IMG/VR virus record: IMGVR_UViG_3300025534_000030
Span: 1 to 28,702 of that record
From: a virus
Taxonomy: Duplodnaviria > Caudoviricetes
Direction: 5' to 3' (one strand)
DNA length: 28,702 bases
The position numbers and the translations under genes are program-made. Shown here one piece after another: positions 23,192 to 28,702 of the stretch (position 1 is the stretch's first letter; each line of letters starts with the position of its first letter). Below the pieces are notes generated by a model. The model did not search any database, was not told the origin of the DNA, and was given only the letters and a program-made list of their open reading frames with translations.

Positions 23192-23230
23192 AAAATAAAA
23201 ACCCCCGCCATCCGAAGACAGCGGGGTTTC
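23192..23230 (-). terminator. Terminator after holin (end of late operon)
   Basis: CCCCGC-loop-GCGGGG stem; A-run on the left gives a U-tract on the minus strand. Confidence 0.75.
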
Positions 23231-23232
23231 TT

Positions 23233-23469
23233 TTACTTCGCTTTCAGTTCTTTCATATACTCGTCCGCCTTAAGCGCGGCTTTCGTAAAGCTATTGTTTT
23301 TCCACCAAGCCCAGATGCTAGATACGACAGTCAGAACAGTCGATACAAATGTGTCGACTTGTTCATCGGAGAACGGAAGCGGCGATCTGCCGAATGCTGC
23401 TAGCAATTGATTGAGAAGCATAATGACAAGCACAATAGTGCGGATGATGGTTGATTTTGTTGGTTTCAT
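23233..23469 (-). CDS. Holin, SPP1 family
   Basis: TIIRTIVLVIMLLNQLL...SPLP...WAWWKNNSFT. Confidence 0.92.
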   Translation of the reverse strand: MKPTKSTIIRTIVLVIMLLNQLLAAFGRSPLPFSDEQVDTFVSTVLTVVSSIWAWWKNNSFTKAALKADEYMKELKAK

Positions 23470-23482
23470 TTTAAATCCTCTC

Positions 23483-24484
23483 CTATTTTAGATGAATTTT
23501 TTGACCGACATAAATTTTGTTCGGGTCTTTGATATTGTTAAGCTTCACCAATTTTGCTACGGTCGTATGATACTTCACCGCAATCTCAGACAGCGTGTCA
23601 CCCTTCTTAACGACATACGTCTTCATGGCCGCCGCTTTCGGCTTCTGATACTTTGCAAGGGCTGCTTTTGTCTGCGGACCGACGATGCCGTCAACCGCAA
23701 TATGAGCGGCTTTCTGGAACGCCTTCACAGCGGACTCGGTTTTCGGCCCAAAGATGCCGTCAACGGCGCCACAGTTGAATCCTTTCGCGTTGAGTTGTTT
23801 TTGCAAATCCTTGACGGCCGAGCCTTTGTCGCCACGGCGGAGCAGTCCATCATTTTTTGATGTCGTCTTAGCTTTTGATTTGCTTGCCGATTTTGTTGCG
23901 GACTTTGTATCTGCGAAAAGCTCCGGTTTTGCGTAATCCATATCAACACTGCCACTAATGCCGGAAACCTTGCCAGAACTCGTATATTGCCACATTGCCC
24001 AATCCGGCCAATAGAGAACGGTTGGTTTGTCCACGCCATAGTGGGCGATCCATAGCTGCACGTCGTTGGCCACAACATCTTTTTTCAGATGGTTCTTCGA
24101 AAAAGATGGGTTGGTGTAAAGAAAAAGTCCGCCGCGCTTGTGTTCGCGGAGGACTTCAAAGAATGCATTTGCCGCATCTGTTAAATCGCCGGTGCCAACT
24201 TCAAGGTCGAGAATATGAAAGTCAAGCTCGTAGTCACCAACGACAGAAATAAAATGCAGCGCTTCATTTTGAGCTTCTTTCGCGTTCGAAAAACGAGCGA
24301 AATGATATGCCCCAACCTTCCTGCCGCTAGATTTTGCACCAGAATAATTGGCGTGGAAATTCGGATCTACATACGTCTTTCCCTCGGTTGCTTTGATGAG
24401 AACAAATTTGATGTCTTTATCGACCTTTTGCCAGTCGATAGCACCTTGATGATGGCTGACATCGATGCCTTTGATATATGCCAT
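23483..24484 (-). CDS. Endolysin: GH25 muramidase + PG-binding_1 + LysM
   Basis: [31 protein letters not shown]; [14 protein letters not shown]...VDGIFGPKT; [13 protein letters not shown]...IYVGQKI; start moved to ATG at 24484 (RBS AGGAGGAG). Confidence 0.95.
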   Translation of the reverse strand: MAYIKGIDVSHHQGAIDWQKVDKDIKFVLIKATEGKTYVDPNFHANYSGAKSSGRKVGAYHFARFSNAKEAQNEALHFISVVGDYELDFHILDLEVGTGDLTDAANAFFEVLREHKRGGLFLYTNPSFSKNHLKKDVVANDVQLWIAHYGVDKPTVLYWPDWAMWQYTSSGKVSGISGSVDMDYAKPELFADTKSATKSASKSKAKTTSKNDGLLRRGDKGSAVKDLQKQLNAKGFNCGAVDGIFGPKTESAVKAFQKAAHIAVDGIVGPQTKAALAKYQKPKAAAMKTYVVKKGDTLSEIAVKYHTTVAKLVKLNNIKDPNKIYVGQKIHLK

Positions 24485-24485
24485 C

Positions 24486-24770
24486 TTAAATCTCCTCCTT
24501 TTTCTCGAGAACATCGATCCTCCGATGTGCCGATTTTGCTGATTCTTCTACTTTTGCCACCCGTTCTGTCAGAGCCACGATGTTTTTCTCGTTCGCTTTC
24601 AAGTCAATCCGTATATCATCGACCCCCTTCCGTATGTAGCCCAATTCCGCTTTCAGTTCGGCTGATTCTTGGGTGTCTGTTTTTACTTCTTTTGTTTTTG
24701 CTAGCTGATATGACAAGTAGCTGAGCAAAAGCCCAGCTACCGCGATGACGATTCCTGCTTCGATTGTCAT
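24486..24770 (-). CDS. XhlA-like / holin-associated membrane coiled-coil protein
   Basis: N-terminal TM helix, then [12 protein letters not shown]...[18 protein letters not shown]. Confidence 0.8.
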   Translation of the reverse strand: MTIEAGIVIAVAGLLLSYLSYQLAKTKEVKTDTQESAELKAELGYIRKGVDDIRIDLKANEKNIVALTERVAKVEESAKSAHRRIDVLEKKEEI

Positions 24771-24790
24771 TTGTACACCGCCTTTTTCCC

Positions 24791-24819
24791 AAAAATAAAA
24801 AGCCCTACTTTTTAGGCTT
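24791..24819 (-). terminator. Weak terminator-like hairpin before the lysis cassette
   Basis: AAGCC-N10-GGCTT followed by TTTTATTTTT on the minus strand. Confidence 0.4.
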
Positions 24820-24972
24820 CTCGGATTTCAATGTTTCAATTTGCTTTTTAAGCTCGTCAATCTCTTGTTGTTGCTCCGTGATAATCGCATCACGTAACGC
24901 TTTTTCTTGGGCAAGAGTCGCAACTTGGTTGGAAAGGGAGTTGATAACGTATTGTGGATTTTTAATGTTCAT
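24805..24972 (-). CDS. Small coiled-coil protein after the tail gene (55 aa)
   Basis: Below track cutoff. MNIKNPQYVINSLSNQVATLAQEKALRDAIITEQQQEIDELKKQIETLKSEKPKK; ATGA overlap with the tail gene stop. Confidence 0.7.
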   Translation of the reverse strand: MNIKNPQYVINSLSNQVATLAQEKALRDAIITEQQQEIDELKKQIETLKSEKPKK

Positions 24973-27900
24973 GCATTTATCGTCCTTTCAAGATTTTCTA
25001 CACGTGTAATGAGTTCTTGAATCGCTTTGATTGATAGGGCGTTCATCGCATATTGTTCAACGCCGTCACCATCTATGACCATTTCTGGGGTGCGGTATCC
25101 ATCGCCGATGATAAATCCATGTCGGACTTTATCTATGCCCGCTTCGACATCGCTTTTTAGACGATACTGGTACAAGTCGGCGTTTTTAATGATGTCGATT
25201 GCTGAATCTTCCCATAGCTGAATATCTTGCTTATATTCGGCTAGGGAGCCCGTAGGGAATGACGACGCTCTAAGCGGAATAAGCGTGCCTGATCCATATT
25301 TTGTTGCGCGAATTTCACTCCGGGATGTTTGGATATAGCCATAGTCTGAATCAGTTATAATCCGAAAAGTTTGTTCCTCTATTGTAAGGTGTCCGTTAAT
25401 ATTAACGTTTGTTACGGGCGTGATGTTAATGTCACCATTTGAGTTTGTCCAGCCCATATCTGCGCTAGATGGGGAAGGTACGCCAAAATAGCCTGTACGC
25501 GAAGTACCTGCATCTCTGTAAAACTCGATATAGGACGCTCCTCCAAAACCGACAAGCTGAAGGACGTTACCGACTGAGGATACAACTTCAAGATGTTTAC
25601 CCTGTATTGTTACGGTATTATCAAAGCTTGAATAAATAGATGACCTTGGATTTCCGTCAAAATAGTCCCCAAATCCAATTCCTTCACCGGGAGAGATATA
25701 AGTACCGTTACCGCCTTTGCTTTTCACTTCAAGACCATATTGAGTCAACTCAACGGTGTTCGTACCACCGTTTGCTATAATTGTCGAACCTTCAATCGTT
25801 ACCCCTTTGATATGTCCTGCTGTAATGTTACCGAGGTTCGCGCTTATGGCGGACAGTGATGTGACAGATAACTTATCTGCGGTGATTGAGTATGTGTAGA
25901 TCTTACCTCCGTCAATAAGAGTGGTCCCCGTATAAAACCAGTCGAGTGATGGATTGTCTTTGGGATTTGGTCGCCACGCATTCGCGGATTCGTCATCTTC
26001 GATTTGAAACCCAGTCAACCATATAGCACCGATAAAGCTAGTCATGATGTTCAATCTGACTTCGCTTATATTTGTGACACCGCTTAATGTGCTTAAATCA
26101 ATAATGGCTTTCTCTCTTCGCCATGGCGAAGAAGAGGTGTAGTTAGTATTGTTATTGAAGTAAGCCATTTTACCTGTTTCGCTAGCGGTATCGTAAGTTA
26201 CCCGAATATATACCCGAAAATATCCGGATTGCATTCCACCAGATATTTGATAAAAACTCAGCGTGAGCTTTTTATTCAAGAAATTATTTGGGTTTTCGAG
26301 ATTTTGATGGACGAAATGCTGGTTGGCATCAGTCGGTTGCAATCTCAAATAGTTTACGGCGCCGGCAGGTACATCATCATTTGGCCGCGTTACTGCCCCT
26401 GTCATCGAACGGACAGAGACGTCAGTAAATCCAGAACTAATATTCCAATTCTGTGTTCCTAAAGCAAAATCACTATTTCTGATATAGTTATTTCCTTTGC
26501 CAATTTTTGTCGGGTCATAGCCAGCATCAAAAGTTGTCTGTCCCGAGATATGCACTTTGCTTCCGTCGATCAAGATGCCTTCGGTGCTGATGTTGATTTG
26601 GTTAATGACATCGTTTTTAGATACTCTCAGGTTAATATCATCCGATAACTGACTGATTTGAGAGCTTACCCAGCTTTGGTCGGCTTTGCCACTAATTTGA
26701 CTGGTAAGGCTATCAGTCGTTTGCGTTAAAGTGGATATACTCCCCTCTGCATTTGTCATCCGAGTTTGCAGCGAGTCCGCTGTCTGCGTTAAGGTAGAAA
26801 CGTCACCCTGCACATCTGAAACGGTCGTTTGTAAGCCATCCACCGTCTGCGTGAGCGTTGATATATCACCCTCCGCATTCGTGATGCGCGTTGCAAAACT
26901 ATCAGACGTTTGCTGGAGGGCGCTTATATTACCTTCGGCGTCCGTCATGCGGTTAGCAAGGCTGTCTGTCGCGGTTAAAGCGTTTTGTGCGTTATCAAAC
27001 GCGGTCTGCGCTTGGTTGATGGCGTTTGTCGCATCCTGCGTTGCTTGTGTTGCTGTGTCAAAGGCCGATTGGGCTTGTTGCTTCGCTTCTTCTGCGGATT
27101 GTGCTGCTTCTTCGAGTGCTTGATTGACCGCCTCGTTGTCGACATCGTCCACCCATTGAGTACCGTCCCAATGCCGAATGGCAATGACGACATCGGTGCC
27201 ATCCGTCACAAACCAGATATCGCCTGTCTTCGGATTACTCGGTGGGTTGGGGCCATATGAGCTTTTGTTTTTGGAATCAGCCGTCTGTTGGGCTGTTTCG
27301 GCTGTTTGCTTCGCATCATCGGCGATGTCCTTTGCGACCGTCCACCGGGTCTGTTGCTTCATCAGTACCGACTGGATCCGTTTGATGTCGTCCGGAATAG
27401 AGATGTCAACTTCTCTGTAATTCCCGAACGTATAAGTAAATTCACCATTCGGGTCGCCATATTCAGGCATCTCCGTTCGCAGAACCTCAGCCTCGAGATA
27501 GATAGCCGGTTCAAAATAAGTATCTTTGATGCGTATGGTCATCCCGACACGGACTTTTTCATGTTCATAGCCCATGATTTGCTCAAGAGCCGCGCCAGTC
27601 AGTTCATATTCAACCGCTGCATCATTCCGACGTTTGAGAGCGTCTTGTGTCGCGTCAAGCACCTTTTGCGGCGTGACATCGGTCGTATCTTCGGGCTGAT
27701 ACTGGAAAATGCCGTACCGATGTCTGCCGCCATCGTTCCACCGCTGATATGCGTCTGCATCTTCGACATAATTTTTTCCGTCATTTATGCTCTCGAACGT
27801 GATAAAATTCCCGTCCTCGTCAGCCGGGCCGTACCCGACTAGACGTGTCACAATATCCGCGCGGTTTTCTTTCCGTTTGATGCCAACTATATCCTTGCCG

Positions 27901-28550
27901 AATTCCAACTCCTTGCCATCGAAAGCGTCTGTCGGGGCGAGCAAATCCATGTAGCGGACGATTGTGTTATTGACAATCTCAACACGAAACTTCACTATGC
28001 AATTAAACTGGTCTCTAAGTTGCTGAGCCGCGGCCAGTGGCAATAAATACTCTTTAAACTCGACATCTTGAGTCCCAAGAAAGTCGACACGACCGAGTTG
28101 GTAATTCGTATTTGCGAGCACATAAGCCCCTGCCGTTTGTAGGGTTGCGCCAACCAGTTTTGTTGGTCTGATTGGTTCCGCTTTCCCGAGTAAAACATGG
28201 TCGCCATCGGCATGAACGATTTGAATCAGACCATTATCATCGTGATCTTTCTCAATCTCTGACAAAACAAAAAGACGGTGGTTGCCGTCTTGGTCTTGGG
28301 CGACGATATATCTAACGTTTGTAAAATCAATGGTTCCGAGTGTCGTGAAATCAAGGGTGAGAAGATTGTCCTGTTGGTCCTCGGTAATCTTGGTATCCCA
28401 ATATATTTTGTCACTTTGGTTGGTCAAAACGTCGATGATTCTTTCATTTGAATCCAAAAGATGAATCCCAGTCGGTGTTTTCTTGGTTTGTTGTTGCTCG
28501 TCTTCCAATTGACCGATATATTGCCCGACATGTTGGGTGTAGTTTGACAT
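24969..28550 (-). CDS. Tail spike / host-recognition protein (prophage tail endopeptidase-like N-terminus, coiled coil, CBM-like domain, S74 intramolecular chaperone)
   Basis: GKELEFGKDIVGIKR...TRLVGYG; VSKNDVINQINISTEGILIDG; NYIRNSDF..G..NW; SLAEYKQDIQ...LYQYRLK...HGFII...KAIQEL. Confidence 0.9.
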   Translation of the reverse strand: MSNYTQHVGQYIGQLEDEQQQTKKTPTGIHLLDSNERIIDVLTNQSDKIYWDTKITEDQQDNLLTLDFTTLGTIDFTNVRYIVAQDQDGNHRLFVLSEIEKDHDDNGLIQIVHADGDHVLLGKAEPIRPTKLVGATLQTAGAYVLANTNYQLGRVDFLGTQDVEFKEYLLPLAAAQQLRDQFNCIVKFRVEIVNNTIVRYMDLLAPTDAFDGKELEFGKDIVGIKRKENRADIVTRLVGYGPADEDGNFITFESINDGKNYVEDADAYQRWNDGGRHRYGIFQYQPEDTTDVTPQKVLDATQDALKRRNDAAVEYELTGAALEQIMGYEHEKVRVGMTIRIKDTYFEPAIYLEAEVLRTEMPEYGDPNGEFTYTFGNYREVDISIPDDIKRIQSVLMKQQTRWTVAKDIADDAKQTAETAQQTADSKNKSSYGPNPPSNPKTGDIWFVTDGTDVVIAIRHWDGTQWVDDVDNEAVNQALEEAAQSAEEAKQQAQSAFDTATQATQDATNAINQAQTAFDNAQNALTATDSLANRMTDAEGNISALQQTSDSFATRITNAEGDISTLTQTVDGLQTTVSDVQGDVSTLTQTADSLQTRMTNAEGSISTLTQTTDSLTSQISGKADQSWVSSQISQLSDDINLRVSKNDVINQINISTEGILIDGSKVHISGQTTFDAGYDPTKIGKGNNYIRNSDFALGTQNWNISSGFTDVSVRSMTGAVTRPNDDVPAGAVNYLRLQPTDANQHFVHQNLENPNNFLNKKLTLSFYQISGGMQSGYFRVYIRVTYDTASETGKMAYFNNNTNYTSSSPWRREKAIIDLSTLSGVTNISEVRLNIMTSFIGAIWLTGFQIEDDESANAWRPNPKDNPSLDWFYTGTTLIDGGKIYTYSITADKLSVTSLSAISANLGNITAGHIKGVTIEGSTIIANGGTNTVELTQYGLEVKSKGGNGTYISPGEGIGFGDYFDGNPRSSIYSSFDNTVTIQGKHLEVVSSVGNVLQLVGFGGASYIEFYRDAGTSRTGYFGVPSPSSADMGWTNSNGDINITPVTNVNINGHLTIEEQTFRIITDSDYGYIQTSRSEIRATKYGSGTLIPLRASSFPTGSLAEYKQDIQLWEDSAIDIIKNADLYQYRLKSDVEAGIDKVRHGFIIGDGYRTPEMVIDGDGVEQYAMNALSIKAIQELITRVENLERTINA
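26697..26948 (-). repeat. Four 63-bp (21-aa) degenerate tandem repeats in the tail protein
   Basis: MTDAEGNISALQQTSDSFATR / ITNAEGDISTLTQTVDGLQTT / VSDVQGDVSTLTQTADSLQTR / MTNAEGSISTLTQTTDSLTSQ. Confidence 0.85.
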
Positions 28551-28586
28551 TGAATCACCTGCCTTTACTTTAAGAAAAGACCTCCG

Positions 28587-28702
28587 TTAGTTGAGTATTC
28601 CTTGTTCACGCCAAGCAGTAAATTGATTCTTCCAACCGTCAGTCGCATTTGGGTTTGCCATCAGTGAACCATAAGTTAAATCTGAGTTGCCGAACATGGT
28701 GA
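28587..28702 (-). CDS. 3' end of upstream tail-region gene (partial)
   Basis: Open frame ...TMFGNSDLTYGSLMANPNATDGWKNQFTAWREQGILN* with TAA at 28587-28589. Confidence 0.55.
   Translation of the reverse strand, partial: TMFGNSDLTYGSLMANPNATDGWKNQFTAWREQGILN

Noticed and set aside
23071-23211. N-terminal extension of the 168-aa ORF in the track
   Set aside because: It spans a terminator, a consensus promoter and operator; the RBS-supported start is at 23070.
26731-27842. Long plus-strand ORFs opposite the tail gene (and similar shadows elsewhere)
   Set aside because: Antisense shadows of low-complexity coding sequence with no independent signals.
24969-28550. Diversity-generating retroelement target
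   Set aside because: No reverse transcriptase and no TR/VR repeat pair seen in this window.

Overview
About 28.7 kb of a temperate Bacillaceae siphophage in its excised/circular (attP) configuration. Nearly all genes are on the minus strand. Reading the minus strand from the right end: a tail spike/host-recognition protein with a C-terminal S74 chaperone; a lysis cassette (XhlA-like, GH25-PGBD-LysM endolysin, SPP1-type holin); an accessory island (about 20.6-23.2 kb); attP (3' 45 bp of tRNA-Thr(GGT) plus arm repeats); a plus-strand lysogeny module (CI-like repressor, lipoprotein, LexA-box-preceded ImmA protease, unknown ORF, tyrosine integrase); a CI/Cro switch with five 15-bp operators; early genes (Rha-ANT antirepressor, putative annealase + DUF3799 exonuclease, DnaD-type initiator with iterons, DnaC, MazG-like, DUF1599, DUF1064, DUF3954); an ArpU/sigma70-r4-like late activator; terminase, portal, minor capsid and the start of a GP20 scaffold. 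The most notable part is the accessory island. It holds two tandem 'strong promoter + palindromic operator -> small effector -> DNA-binding regulator' cassettes, one encoding a compact R-S-E ADP-ribosyltransferase coupled to an RHH fusion protein (a novel toxin-antitoxin or acr-aca-like anti-defence module), plus a stand-alone Swt1-like HEPN RNase behind a sigma-H-type promoter. Several structured RNA elements are also visible: a switch-like leader upstream of the antirepressor, a DUF3954-linked terminator, antisense sRNA cassettes and a GP20 leader. All family calls are from motif recognition by eye; no searches were run.
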